A stretch of DNA of 63,253 nt from positions 1 through 63,253 of IMG/VR virus record IMGVR_UViG_3300044981_000245; one strand, written 5' to 3'. The DNA comes from a virus (taxonomy: Duplodnaviria; Caudoviricetes). The notes under the pieces were generated by a model. It saw only the letters and a list, made by a program, of their open reading frames with translations. It searched no databases and was not told where the DNA came from. Positions 27,801 to 37,153 of the stretch are shown here, one piece after another (positions within the stretch are counted from its first letter, which is position 1; each line of letters starts with the position of its first letter). The position numbers and the translations under genes are program-made.

Positions 27801-30342
27801 CATGAGCGCAGTACGCGCGTTTATCCGCACTCACGATGCCATGGAAGGCCGCCGCGGGCGGCTCGCAGAGACTGGCGGCAAGCTTGCGCTCGACTGGTCC
27901 AAGTGGGCCACGGCTAACAAGCGCGAGGCCGGAAACCTCGGCGAGCTGATGCACGCCGCGACCATCGGCGGAGTTGACCCCTCACGCGAGTTCCAGCCGA
28001 AGTACTCGGACGAAGTAAAGGCGGTAGACGCGGCCAAGCAGGCGCACGAAGACAGCCGCGAGAATCTGCATCAGAAGCTGAAGCAATACTACCGCAATAA
28101 CCTCGACGATAAAGGCCGTGAGCTCTTCAACAAGGTTCGCGACTTTTACGAGGACCGGCGCAAAGACGTGCTGCAGGGCCTAGAAGCCCGCATCAATGAG
28201 TCCGGTGCCGACGGCAAGACCAAGCAGCAGCTGATGTCGACGCTGCGCCAGAAGTTCGAACAAGGCCGCGTGCAGGGACCGTACTTCCCACTCACCCGCT
28301 TTGGCGACCACTGGGCGCGGGCGATTGACTCGGAAGGCAAGACCGCCTCCTTCTCGCGCTTTGAGAGCGTCAAGCAGAAGCAGGCGTGGATGGACGAAGC
28401 CAAGAAGATGGGCTTCGATGTACAGAGCGGCAAGAAGGCCGACGCCGGCAAGAGCATGATGGAGCGGATCGATCCAGACTTCGTCAAGAAGGTCACGGAA
28501 CTCGCCAAGGACGTCGACCCCAAGCTGGCAGACGAGATCTGGCAGGAATACCTTAAGGCCATGCCTGAGATGTCGATGCGCAAACATCTCATCCACCGGC
28601 AGGGCCGGCTAGGCTATTCCGCCGACGCGCTGCGCGGCTTTGCCTACAACGCCTTCCACGGCTCGCACCAGATCGCCCGTCTCGAGTACGGCAACCGGCT
28701 CGCCGGGCACTTAGATGACATGAATCGTCAGCAGGAGGCCGCGCACAACAACCCTGACCTTACGGACACGGACAAGAATTACGCGACCGAGCTCACCAAA
28801 GAGTTCACCCGCCGCCTCGACTGGATCAACAACCCCAAGGCCGGCGCGTTTGCTTCCGCCATGACCAAGTTCGGCTTCGGCTGGTACCTGGGTTTTGCCC
28901 CCGCAACGGCGTTCCGCATCCTCTCTCAGAACCCCATGCTGGCCCAGCCCATCTTGGCTAAGTACCACGGCCAGCTTGGCGCGACGCGCGAGCTTACGCG
29001 GGCGTCTGCCCAGTTCATCCGCTCCAAAGGACAGGACGGGCTCATTGACTCCCTGCGCGGCAATGAGCGCGATGCCATGGAGCAGGCCAAGGATCAAGGC
29101 CTTTTCTCGAGCACCTGGGCGCAGACGCTTGCCTCGGGCGGTGAGGGCGCGCCGATGACCGGCAAAATGATGGCGTACAACCGCGCCGCGGCGTACCTCT
29201 TCAACGCGGCCGAGCATCACAATCGAGCCACGACATACCTTGCCGCTTACCGGTTAGCGGTAAAAAATGACATGACGCATGCGCAGGCCATGGAGCACGC
29301 GACGGATGCGACGTGGGACAGCCACTTCGATTATACCAATGCCAACCGCCCCCGCTTCATGCAGAACGACTTCGTGAAGGTCGCCGGGCTCTTCAAGCAG
29401 TACTCCCTCGGCGTCACTTATCGTCTGGCGCGTGAGTTCCGCAACATGACCCGTATGGATGGCGGTATTACCCGCGAAGGCAGGAAGCAAGCGACGGTTG
29501 CGATGGCATCACTCTTGGGCCGATCGGCGATGTTCTCGGGTGTGACGGGCTTACCGTTATACTGGGTGGCGTCCAACATGCTCAACTACGCGCTCGGCGA
29601 CAAGGATAACCCGGTCGACTCAACTGCGTTGATCCACAAGCAGCTGAACGACACGATGGGTCAGACGGCAGGTGATGCCATCATGACTGGGCCTATGGGC
29701 GCCCTAACCGGGGCATCCTTGTCGACCGGCGCCTCTTACAACGACCTCTGGTACAAGCCGCCCGGGCAGGATATGTCGGCGGTCGACCAAACCAAGGATG
29801 CGCTCGACCAGCTCGGCGGCGCCATCCCCGCCATCGGGCTCAACGCCATGCAGGGCGTAGGCCAGATCGCGCACGGCAACATTGAGCGCGGGCTTGAGCA
29901 CTTCCTGCCGCCGGCGCTTGCGGGTCCGGTCAAGGCGGCGCGCTACGCCACGCAGGGTGTGCAGAACACCAAGGGCGAGCCGATCATGAAGCCCGAGGAC
30001 ATGGCGGACCGGGACAAATACCTGCAGGCCTTTGGCTTCACGCCGCAGGACGTCGCCGATCAGTACGCAGTGAACAACGCCCGCTCGAACAACGTCAAGG
30101 AGCTCGACGCTCGGCGCGCGTGGCTCAAGAACGCATATGCGGCGGCGTTATCGAGCGGACACGATGACGACGTGACAGAGGCTGCGAATGACATCGCAGC
30201 CTTCAACGAGAAGAATCCGGAGTACGCCATTGGCGGAGACGAAGCAAGCTACATCATGAACCAGGCGAAGCAGGCTGCGACTTCCATCAATGGCATAAAC
30301 CTACCGCCGCGACTGCGCGGCAAACTTGAGGAGAAATACTAA
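24871..30342 (+). CDS. Large polyvalent internal virion protein (HExxH peptidase-like, PLxRFG and LPD38-like regions)
   Basis: VHELAHKG zincin motif; YFPLTRFG; HFDY...RPRF...FKQY C-terminal region; 1823 aa. Confidence 0.8.
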   Translation: MAGSGNYFLDTYGPSDTAAPAAAPQTAPAQSAPAPAAARAAAPPPKPTGNYFTDTYGPNDVDQPTLAKPKASAIHDTITNPALNGFEKGRQIGFILQSPMYKDEQVASAIAEAQQKIEPRPEYLRQADEVFSNAHGWLGVLDAYVHNPRAVLANTIQGLTQGGMVMGAAVAGGAAGGPEAAAVSAGGAAYLNTYGETILNTFEAHGVDLSDKDAVLAAMHDPALMAAAAAAGHKAGVPAAIINALSFGIAGRVAGPVTRIAGGKVAGRAAGAVGEVAAQGTIGAGGEAATEASRGEELNPNAITQAGLGQAAATAPFMAHGVVSDPLAHVDTRVVEAHADIMSQAQETAAAAVKAQGGDALDQTVAATQVNAEVGAHHDAAAVQGARDQEAQAHADALQAHQEQEARDAAFAQAEAEKGATPAQEALAKENAFQQADVDNQKEKDQDFSAAKNQVGEQAVEAAKTGEAGAEKGGANEPKPTLAEALPPEQLAALQGLKARRAAEAAQPPEETVQERMRAQARGTPDDFQELPAKAPETAVAPPEEAEPETIAPPPVKPADLAARRQAELDAKMAAKVRGPAPETPIASPNEVKAPPNRLGAIRAAAEKRAALSSERAENPVREPEGYVARNAETGDEIKRFPTFEEALAHKQANPDHDITKFKAPENDWFSDLRSRLAMPHDEAKEHLSGVSDAQGERAFQVHESATADTVPPLLAQQIKEHMAKGGLPPKGAYSEGVAHVFAGSHETGDKEDLLSTTVHELAHKGLESFLGPELGHTMDGIYRDVRDTAWAKRLVERRGMDTSRVDTQRLVANEYAAHMAENVAAGREVHEELPVKDRVAGHWQRVVDTVRAGLRKIGLVKHWNDNDIAALIRQAQAHSGGDRVGREGTDYKQSGPLFSLQNDDDNIAQNFAPDHPIAQAHKLARTMEEQAKYNPGFIHDPAGYMKEKWDDTLGSRLAFIGLRNLPDFLNERTHGAMSAVRAFIRTHDAMEGRRGRLAETGGKLALDWSKWATANKREAGNLGELMHAATIGGVDPSREFQPKYSDEVKAVDAAKQAHEDSRENLHQKLKQYYRNNLDDKGRELFNKVRDFYEDRRKDVLQGLEARINESGADGKTKQQLMSTLRQKFEQGRVQGPYFPLTRFGDHWARAIDSEGKTASFSRFESVKQKQAWMDEAKKMGFDVQSGKKADAGKSMMERIDPDFVKKVTELAKDVDPKLADEIWQEYLKAMPEMSMRKHLIHRQGRLGYSADALRGFAYNAFHGSHQIARLEYGNRLAGHLDDMNRQQEAAHNNPDLTDTDKNYATELTKEFTRRLDWINNPKAGAFASAMTKFGFGWYLGFAPATAFRILSQNPMLAQPILAKYHGQLGATRELTRASAQFIRSKGQDGLIDSLRGNERDAMEQAKDQGLFSSTWAQTLASGGEGAPMTGKMMAYNRAAAYLFNAAEHHNRATTYLAAYRLAVKNDMTHAQAMEHATDATWDSHFDYTNANRPRFMQNDFVKVAGLFKQYSLGVTYRLAREFRNMTRMDGGITREGRKQATVAMASLLGRSAMFSGVTGLPLYWVASNMLNYALGDKDNPVDSTALIHKQLNDTMGQTAGDAIMTGPMGALTGASLSTGASYNDLWYKPPGQDMSAVDQTKDALDQLGGAIPAIGLNAMQGVGQIAHGNIERGLEHFLPPALAGPVKAARYATQGVQNTKGEPIMKPEDMADRDKYLQAFGFTPQDVADQYAVNNARSNNVKELDARRAWLKNAYAAALSSGHDDDVTEAANDIAAFNEKNPEYAIGGDEASYIMNQAKQAATSINGINLPPRLRGKLEEKY

Positions 30343-30674
30343 TGTCAACTCCAGTCTTAAATCCAAAGGTCGGATTCACCATTCAGCAGGGCACGTCGAC
30401 GTTCTCCGCAGAGCAGGTGACGTCGGCAGTGCTGCTGTATGGCGCCGTCAGCGGCGGTCCGTACACCGGCACCTACACAGTGCCGCCGGCAACGGTCAGT
30501 GCGGATGCGGCGTCTGGCGCCATCTTAGTGCCGATAGGCAGCTTCGTGCTGCCCGAGGGCATTACCTACGTGGTAGCGGAAGTCGGCAACGCTGCCGGCG
30601 AGAGCTTGGCGTCCCCGGAAGCGGCCGTGCAGATCCTTGCCGTCCCTACTGCGCCAACTTTGTCTGTCGCGTAA
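30342..30674 (+). CDS. Small fibronectin-III/Ig-like protein
   Basis: LYG..SG.Y...YVV....N.AGES..S pattern. Confidence 0.55.
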   Translation: MSTPVLNPKVGFTIQQGTSTFSAEQVTSAVLLYGAVSGGPYTGTYTVPPATVSADAASGAILVPIGSFVLPEGITYVVAEVGNAAGESLASPEAAVQILAVPTAPTLSVA

Positions 30675-30696
30675 TCAGGGCGGTATGGAGTTGGCT

Positions 30697-31302
30697 ATGG
30701 CACCTGCTATCTACCTTCTGAGACACGGCCGCACAGCGATGGACGCGTTGAAGCGCTCCGACGGCTGGGTGGATCTGCCGCTCTCGGATAAAGGGCGCAT
30801 GGGCCTTATTGAACCGCAGCAATATCTGAAGCTGGAGCCGGTGGCGAAGATATATTCGCCGCCGCTCCGGCGGACGGAGGAGACTGCCCACATTATTGCA
30901 TCCGGCATGATGCACAAGCCGGACGTGCTGACGACGCCCAAGGCCATGACCTGGAACCTAGGCGTGCTCGCCGGGGCGCACAAGGAGCAGAACCGTCCTA
31001 AAGTGAAGCGCCTGCTCGCAAACCCAGACGAAGTGCCGCTAGGCGGAGAGTCCTACAACGAGTTCAAGAAGCGGTACATGGGCTGGTTCCAGACGCGCGC
31101 GGAGCAGTCCCGCCGGGCGGGCAAACCGATCCTGCTTATCTGCTCGGGTTCCAACCTGCGCTTGGTGAGTGAGATCCTGCTCGACGACAGGGATAAGCTG
31201 AACTTGGACGAAGGCGGTTTAGCTGTGCTTCACTACGCCAAGGGTAGCTGGCACGCCGAGGTGCTCTTTGGGGATAAGGCAGAGGAGGACGAAATCTCAT
31301 GA
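30697..31302 (+). CDS. Histidine phosphatase family protein
   Basis: LLRHGRT, D.PLS..G, SP.L.R..ETA and GGES motifs; second catalytic His appears replaced (ICSG). Confidence 0.9.
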   Translation: MAPAIYLLRHGRTAMDALKRSDGWVDLPLSDKGRMGLIEPQQYLKLEPVAKIYSPPLRRTEETAHIIASGMMHKPDVLTTPKAMTWNLGVLAGAHKEQNRPKVKRLLANPDEVPLGGESYNEFKKRYMGWFQTRAEQSRRAGKPILLICSGSNLRLVSEILLDDRDKLNLDEGGLAVLHYAKGSWHAEVLFGDKAEEDEIS

Positions 31303-31772
31303 TGCTCAACGCCAATCTGCTGCGCGGCAACATTCAGAATACGCTAACGCCACTCGGACTCTATAGCCTCGACGCCGAAGAGCTGCTCATGGCCACGGCA
31401 GCGCAGGAAAGTCTGCTTGGGCAGTACCGCACGCAGATGGGCGGCCCTGCGCTTGGGATATTTCAGATGGAGCCCTTCGATTTCAACGACATTTGGGCGA
31501 ACTACCTGCACTACAAACCGATCGCAGTGCCGATTCAAGCTTTGTTCACGGCGAACATTATCAACGTGCAGGACATCGTGAATAACGACGCCGCGGCAAT
31601 CGCCATGGCGCGCGTGCACTACCTGCGCGCTCCGGGGATGCTGCCTGCCGCGACGGACCTTGCAGGCCTGTGGGCGTACTACAAGCGCGTGTGGAATACG
31701 CCGCTGGGCGCCGCGACACAGCAGCAGTTCTATTCGAACTATCACAACCTGGTGCAGGGGCCTGCACGATGA
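31299..31772 (+). CDS. Putative endolysin (lysozyme-like fold)
   Basis: LL.ATAAQES...GPALGIFQMEP...YYKRVWNT. Confidence 0.75.
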   Translation: MMLNANLLRGNIQNTLTPLGLYSLDAEELLMATAAQESLLGQYRTQMGGPALGIFQMEPFDFNDIWANYLHYKPIAVPIQALFTANIINVQDIVNNDAAAIAMARVHYLRAPGMLPAATDLAGLWAYYKRVWNTPLGAATQQQFYSNYHNLVQGPAR

Positions 31773-31960
31773 ACCACAAGGACTGGCGCGATTACATGAC
31801 CTACGTCTTCACCGGCACGATCCTGACGATCGCCAGTGTTTACGTGTGGCATCATCCGAGCGATATTAATTTTGCCACTTGGGCGACCGTGTGCGGGACT
31901 CTTTCCTGCATACTGAAGTGGTTGGACATCACCGACGACAAGCAAAGGGACGCCCAGTGA
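31769..31960 (+). CDS. Putative holin
   Basis: 63 aa, two hydrophobic segments, charged C-terminus, follows endolysin. Confidence 0.6.
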   Translation: MNHKDWRDYMTYVFTGTILTIASVYVWHHPSDINFATWATVCGTLSCILKWLDITDDKQRDAQ

Positions 31961-32175
31961 ATCTCACCGACTACATTCCGCACGGCATGATCGTGGCCTT
32001 CGGCACGGTTGTATCTTGGATCTACCGCGAACATGTCAAGCAGGATGACCACCGCTTCGACAAGATCTCCGAAGCCATGAAGCTGCTATTGGAGGGCCAG
32101 ACTAAGCTGGCTTCAAAGATAGCCGACAACCACGCCGATGTGCTGAAGCTGTTCATCACGGAGAAGAAGGGTTAG
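31957..32175 (+). CDS. Small membrane protein (holin/antiholin-like)
   Basis: One TM segment plus coiled coil; GTGA overlap. Confidence 0.55.
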   Translation: MNLTDYIPHGMIVAFGTVVSWIYREHVKQDDHRFDKISEAMKLLLEGQTKLASKIADNHADVLKLFITEKKG

Positions 32176-32219
32176 AAACAGCCTTCTAGCATCCAACGGG
32201 CCGCACGCAGGAGACGCGC

Positions 32220-32771
32220 ATGTTCGACAGGATCTTCGAGATCATTCAGTGGCTCTTCGAGTCGCTGGTTCCTTTTGTGGTTCTCCAGCCATTTGAGGCA
32301 GGCGTCCTTTGTCGTCTCGGCAAGTACAAGCGGGATGTCGGCCCAGGCCTGCATTGGGTTTTTCCCTTCCACATAGATCAGATCTGGCATGACCACATCA
32401 CCCCACGCACAGATCACCTGATTGGCCTCGCAACGACGACGACAGACGGCCGAGCCATTGGGTTTGACGCTGTTGTCACTTGGAAGATAGACAAAATACG
32501 CAAAGCTCTCTTGGAGGTCACTGATCTCAAGGACGCGATTTCGGATACCTGCTCCGGCGAGATAGGAACAACACTCGCTCAGAGTGATTGGGCGTCCATT
32601 CGGGACGGTAAGACGGTCGAAGAGCTCACGAAGGCATGCCGTGCGCGCGGCTGGAAGTGGGGAGTTGAGATCCTCAACGTGCAGCTCAGCGGCGTAGCCG
32701 TAGTCCGAAATTTCCGGGTAACAGGAAATAGTCAGCCGCACACCGTCCATCTTACCCCCTCAGGTCTTTAA
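32220..32771 (+). CDS. SPFH/Band-7 domain protein
   Basis: RLGKY...GPGLHW.FP, T.DG and WGVEI..V motifs; aggag RBS. Confidence 0.9.
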   Translation: MFDRIFEIIQWLFESLVPFVVLQPFEAGVLCRLGKYKRDVGPGLHWVFPFHIDQIWHDHITPRTDHLIGLATTTTDGRAIGFDAVVTWKIDKIRKALLEVTDLKDAISDTCSGEIGTTLAQSDWASIRDGKTVEELTKACRARGWKWGVEILNVQLSGVAVVRNFRVTGNSQPHTVHLTPSGL

Positions 32772-34188
32772 CGAGCCGCTGCGCTACGCGCAGTTGGGCG
32801 GCGGACTGTTGCTCGCCTTTGAAGTTGAGCATGGATTCAGCATCCTCGTCGACTGTTCCCTCAGTAACGATATGATGGATGCAAACTTTTCTTCCAGTTC
32901 GTCGATGGCCGCCGGCCAAACGACCGTTGAGCTGGTCGTAAAACTCTCTATTGCTTGTGAATCCGAACCACACCAGGTTCTCTGCTCCCGATACGTACAG
33001 GTCATTAAGCCCGTGTCCGGCAGAGGCCGGATGCATGACCCCAATGTCGTACTCACCACGTCTCCAAGCATCCAGACTCTTTCCGGTGCGCAGGATACCG
33101 AGACGTCCAAGGTTTTTAGGCGCGCTTCCAAAGATTCTTTCGACGTCATGTACGAATCCATATCCTACGATGACTGGACGAGGGAGACTTTCCAGCAGCT
33201 CCCACAATGCGTCCAGCTTGCGGCGGTGTATCTCGTGCCACTTGTGGTCTTCGTCGTAGACAGCGCCGTTTGCCATTTGCAGGAGCTTCCCCCACAGGAC
33301 GCCAGCGTTAACAGCGGTGATTTGCTTACCCGCAATATCAAGTACGGAGCTTCGGACCATCTTCGAATAATTTTTACGCTCTTCCGGTCCCAGCGCGACC
33401 CTAATGAAATTGTTGGGTGCCGGGGGCTGTGCATCCTTAACGGCGTGATATAGGTGCGCGATTTTGGCGTCGATCTTTTCTGCGGCGCCTTCTTTGAGCG
33501 AGTACGAGGGGACGCCATCGTTTACTTCCTTGTTGAAATAAAGCCGGAGAAAATGCTCTTCATATTCGCCCAGAGCCGCGCCGCCATCGAGGAGCCACGC
33601 TTGTTGGAAGACATCTCTATATCCGTTGGGCATGAGAGACCCCGTCGACTCGTATACTCGGGAAACGAGGCGACGGAGACGCCGTATCGATTTGGTCCGA
33701 TCGGAACTCTGCGATTTGAAGCTCTGCGACTCGTCAAGTATGAGACAGTCCCATGGGAAGGGTGCGTATTGTTTGCGGACGAGTCCTTCCCATCGGATGT
33801 AGAGAGACTCGAGCCACGGAACATTGTCTCGTGAAATTGTGTAGATGTCTGCGTCAGCTTGTATCGCTGCAAGTCGCTGCGCAGGAGTGCCGATAATTCT
33901 TGACACCCGAAGTCCTCGCAGATGCTCCCACTCGGTAACTTCACTCGACCAAACGCGTTCACAAACGAGGCGTGGTCCAACGACAAGGACCCTTCGGCAA
34001 TCGAATCGATCGAGAAGCCGCTTGATGTGGGTGAGGAGGACAACTGTTTTCCCACAACCGACCGAATACCATAGTCCGCCAGTGAGACGACCTTCGAGCC
34101 ACGCGAGTCCATCAAGTTGGTCCTTCGTGAGTTGAGAGAACCGCTTTAGCGTCTTCGATGTCGTCAACCCAGTAGACGAAGGCTCCAT
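32752..34188 (-). CDS. SNF2-family helicase (start uncertain)
   Basis: VGCGKT, ILDESQ, TGS.MPN, KLLQMANGAVY, HPASAGHGLN motifs. Confidence 0.93.
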   Translation of the reverse strand: MEPSSTGLTTSKTLKRFSQLTKDQLDGLAWLEGRLTGGLWYSVGCGKTVVLLTHIKRLLDRFDCRRVLVVGPRLVCERVWSSEVTEWEHLRGLRVSRIIGTPAQRLAAIQADADIYTISRDNVPWLESLYIRWEGLVRKQYAPFPWDCLILDESQSFKSQSSDRTKSIRRLRRLVSRVYESTGSLMPNGYRDVFQQAWLLDGGAALGEYEEHFLRLYFNKEVNDGVPSYSLKEGAAEKIDAKIAHLYHAVKDAQPPAPNNFIRVALGPEERKNYSKMVRSSVLDIAGKQITAVNAGVLWGKLLQMANGAVYDEDHKWHEIHRRKLDALWELLESLPRPVIVGYGFVHDVERIFGSAPKNLGRLGILRTGKSLDAWRRGEYDIGVMHPASAGHGLNDLYVSGAENLVWFGFTSNREFYDQLNGRLAGGHRRTGRKVCIHHIVTEGTVDEDAESMLNFKGEQQSAAQLRVAQRLVKDLRG

Positions 34189-34420
34189 GGGCTAGCATTT
34201 TCCGATGCTCGAGGTGCTGGAGCTCGGTTGGCTCACCCCCTGGGCGCTTAAACTCGATGAAGACGACAACCGACCCTCGTATAAACAAGTAGTCCGGAAA
34301 CGATCGGCGTCCTTGGCCGGACATCTTGCGCGCGTACCAGCCACGAGCGACAGCCCAGCGGACCACAGGCGTTTGAATATCTTTTTCATTTGCGGTACCG
34401 AAACCCACGGTGGCCTTCAA
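34112..34420 (-). CDS. VRR-NUC nuclease (start uncertain)
   Basis: EKDIQ...FPD...FIEFKRPG...LQ motif. Confidence 0.9.
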   Translation of the reverse strand: MKATVGFGTANEKDIQTPVVRWAVARGWYARKMSGQGRRSFPDYLFIRGSVVVFIEFKRPGGEPTELQHLEHRKMLAHGAFVYWVDDIEDAKAVLSTHEGPT

Positions 34421-36479
34421 TTGCGAGCGGGAAGCCTGTCGCCCACGAGGGGACTTTGCACATAATGCGCTTCACCGTCTCGTCTGACAAGGTGCCGATC
34501 GGGACCTCCATGACAGGTTCATCGTGCACATGCATTGCCACTGGAGCACCCAGATCCTCAAAGCCGAACAGCGCGCCCACCAGCAGGTCGCGACAGCCGC
34601 CTTGGTCCTCGTTCTCGCAGAGCTTGCCGCCGTAGGTGTGAGTCGTGCCCCACTTGCGCGAGGCCGTATCCACGCCTTGGTAAATTAGCACGTCGTCCTT
34701 GGTCAGCCGCGGCTGGAAGTAGCGAATCTTGCGGCCCGACGGCAGGCGCATGACAAGCCAGCGGTCCTCTACCTTGAATTTGATCTTGCCGCCCGCTACG
34801 TCGGTGACAGTGCCCGGGTTGGAGACGGCGCGCTTGGCCGCCCACTCCAGATCCTTCCAGCCCTTCACGATCTTGGGGTGCGCCTCGCGCCACAGCAATT
34901 TGAGCGATTCGCAGACGATCCAGATGTCTCGGTCCATGCCGGCATCGCGGCCCTGCTCTACCGCGTACTCGTAATTGTGCTCCGCTGCTGCGCGAATGCC
35001 TTCAGGAATCGGCGCGCCGAGGAGGCTGTTAAGGTCGAGCCGGTTGGTCGCCGCCATTTTGACGAAGGCACCGACTCCACCGCCATAGCCCATCGCGAGT
35101 TCAAGAACCTTCCCGACCTGACGCTGAACCTTTGTGACACTGTCAGGCGCCACGTTAAAGGCCCGAGCATAAGCGACAACATAGAGATCGGGACCTTCCC
35201 GTCGATCGTAGGCTCGGTATGCTTCAAGCTTCCACTCCTCGTTGAAGAGCCAAGCGTTCCACCGCGCCTCTATGCCGGCGAAGTCAGGGAACACGAATTC
35301 TTTGCCTTCATCCGCGATCAGCATGCCGCGGACGCAGGAAGCGAAGACCTTCATGGGGTCGACGCCAGGATACAGGTCTCGGATCCAGTCCAAGTCCCGC
35401 GACCGCGCCGCCTCGATCGCGTTCTCCGGATCGTCAATGACGGGCCGGAACAGGTTGTGGATCTGCACGATGAAGGAGCTGAACCGTCCTGTGGCCGCGC
35501 CATAATACTGCAGCATGCCGCGGATGCGGCCGTCCTTGCACACGGCCTCGCGCATCGCCGGGTACTTCGCCACGGCCTTCATCTGATAGGTGCCGAAGAT
35601 CTTCAGGACAGTTTTAATTTTCTCCGGTACGTCTGCTCGATCAACGAGCTGGCGCACAGTGTCTGCTTGAAGATTTTCCAATCCAGGGAATCCGTGGATA
35701 CGTATCCAAGCAGAGAGTGCTGCCAGACATGACGGTGCCACTCCTGTAATCTCCACGCATTTAGCTTTGAGCTGCTCTTTATACTCATCGATCAGGTACT
35801 CCATGTCGGCAACGGCCGCGAGGTCGACGCGCACGCCGCGGTCATTGATCTTTTGATCGAGGTGATAAACCCGAATCTCTTCTGCAGACATTTCGGGCAG
35901 CTCCGAGTCCACGCATCGTTCAGCACGGACGTCGTCGGCGCAGTAAGGAACCAGTTGCAGAAATCGATCTCGCTCTTCGGCAATGGTTGGGCGCGAGCCA
36001 TCCGCGCGAGGCTTACACAGGTAGCGCATGGCGTTAATTCCAGCGATACGCTTTTTGATCTTGGTATTGAGAGCATTTGCGGCGTCCTCCAGAGCGCCAG
36101 GCATGGACGCGTGTCGTGAGCGTGCCATGCTACAGCGGGTCTGCTCAATTGAGATGGTGGGAAACCCGTAGCGCTTGCCCGCGGGACCGTTCAGGACTTT
36201 ACGTTCGAAGGCGGCATTCCATGCGTGGATCTCGCCGCCAGACTTGATATGCTCGAAGAGGGGTTCCAAGATCGCGGCACGGCGGAGGACGCTGTCGTCC
36301 TCGGGAAATCCATCCTCGGAAAGTCCACCGTTGGGCAGCCAGCAATACACGGGTTCGTTGTCGCCGAATGCCCAGCACACGCAAAGCAGATCCGTGCTCT
36401 CGTCCTCGGCATATCGATATAGGCCGGCCTTCTTCAGGTTGACCCTACTGAACGTCTCGATGTCGAGGGTGAGCTTCAC
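34386..36479 (-). CDS. DNA polymerase, family A (APSE/Bcep-like phage type)
   Basis: DIETFS and AWNAAFE exonuclease motifs; YYGAATGRF, DFAGIEAR, R..GK..ELA.GYGG, HVHDE. Confidence 0.96.
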   Translation of the reverse strand: MKLTLDIETFSRVNLKKAGLYRYAEDESTDLLCVCWAFGDNEPVYCWLPNGGLSEDGFPEDDSVLRRAAILEPLFEHIKSGGEIHAWNAAFERKVLNGPAGKRYGFPTISIEQTRCSMARSRHASMPGALEDAANALNTKIKKRIAGINAMRYLCKPRADGSRPTIAEERDRFLQLVPYCADDVRAERCVDSELPEMSAEEIRVYHLDQKINDRGVRVDLAAVADMEYLIDEYKEQLKAKCVEITGVAPSCLAALSAWIRIHGFPGLENLQADTVRQLVDRADVPEKIKTVLKIFGTYQMKAVAKYPAMREAVCKDGRIRGMLQYYGAATGRFSSFIVQIHNLFRPVIDDPENAIEAARSRDLDWIRDLYPGVDPMKVFASCVRGMLIADEGKEFVFPDFAGIEARWNAWLFNEEWKLEAYRAYDRREGPDLYVVAYARAFNVAPDSVTKVQRQVGKVLELAMGYGGGVGAFVKMAATNRLDLNSLLGAPIPEGIRAAAEHNYEYAVEQGRDAGMDRDIWIVCESLKLLWREAHPKIVKGWKDLEWAAKRAVSNPGTVTDVAGGKIKFKVEDRWLVMRLPSGRKIRYFQPRLTKDDVLIYQGVDTASRKWGTTHTYGGKLCENEDQGGCRDLLVGALFGFEDLGAPVAMHVHDEPVMEVPIGTLSDETVKRIMCKVPSWATGFPLAIEGHRGFRYRK

Positions 36480-37153
36480 GGAATCAATTTTTCCAGTTTA
36501 TCGAGCTGGCGCCTGATGTCTTTTATCTGCGAGCGAATTTCTTTGCCGTGAGCGGCGGTCAATTTAATCAGGTGTCGTGTCTCGAGCAGGTCATTAAGCC
36601 GGTATCCGACTTCGCGTAGCTTTCTAAACCACGTTGTATCTGGATACGTTCCGGCCAGTGAGGGGTGCGCCGCGCGATTCATGTGTTTGGCAGTCGGCAA
36701 AACAGTGTCGTCTTTAATCACCCGAGCACGTATTATTGCGGGAGCCTCGGCAAAGCGGCGGCTGTGCTGTCTATCGCTTTCCGATATGCCTGCCGCGGCC
36801 GCGGCCGATTTACCAAAATCACTTCCGGTTGCCAGGAGCATGGCTCCCATGCGCGCGATCACTTCTTTACACATCAGATTAGCTTGACGAACCAACTCCG
36901 GCATCACGTGCTTCATCGTGCGCACGGCGGCCGCCAGTCCTTCGGCTTGATCTCGGTACTGCTCCAGTTCTGGCAGATTCTCACACTTACGAATGGCAAC
37001 GCGAAGAGTCTCTATCTTGTGTGGCAGAGGAACGCTGGCGATGCGCTCGGCGGTTACGTACGTAGGCAGTGGTTGAAGTTTTGGAGGCGTGAAAACAACT
37101 AAATTGCGCACGGCTATCGTACCTCTGTAACACAGCCAGCTGCGGGCGTGCAT
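36476..37153 (-). CDS. Hypothetical helical protein (start uncertain)
   Basis: GTGA overlap with polymerase; helical composition. Confidence 0.55.
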   Translation of the reverse strand: MHARSWLCYRGTIAVRNLVVFTPPKLQPLPTYVTAERIASVPLPHKIETLRVAIRKCENLPELEQYRDQAEGLAAAVRTMKHVMPELVRQANLMCKEVIARMGAMLLATGSDFGKSAAAAAGISESDRQHSRRFAEAPAIIRARVIKDDTVLPTAKHMNRAAHPSLAGTYPDTTWFRKLREVGYRLNDLLETRHLIKLTAAHGKEIRSQIKDIRRQLDKLEKLIP

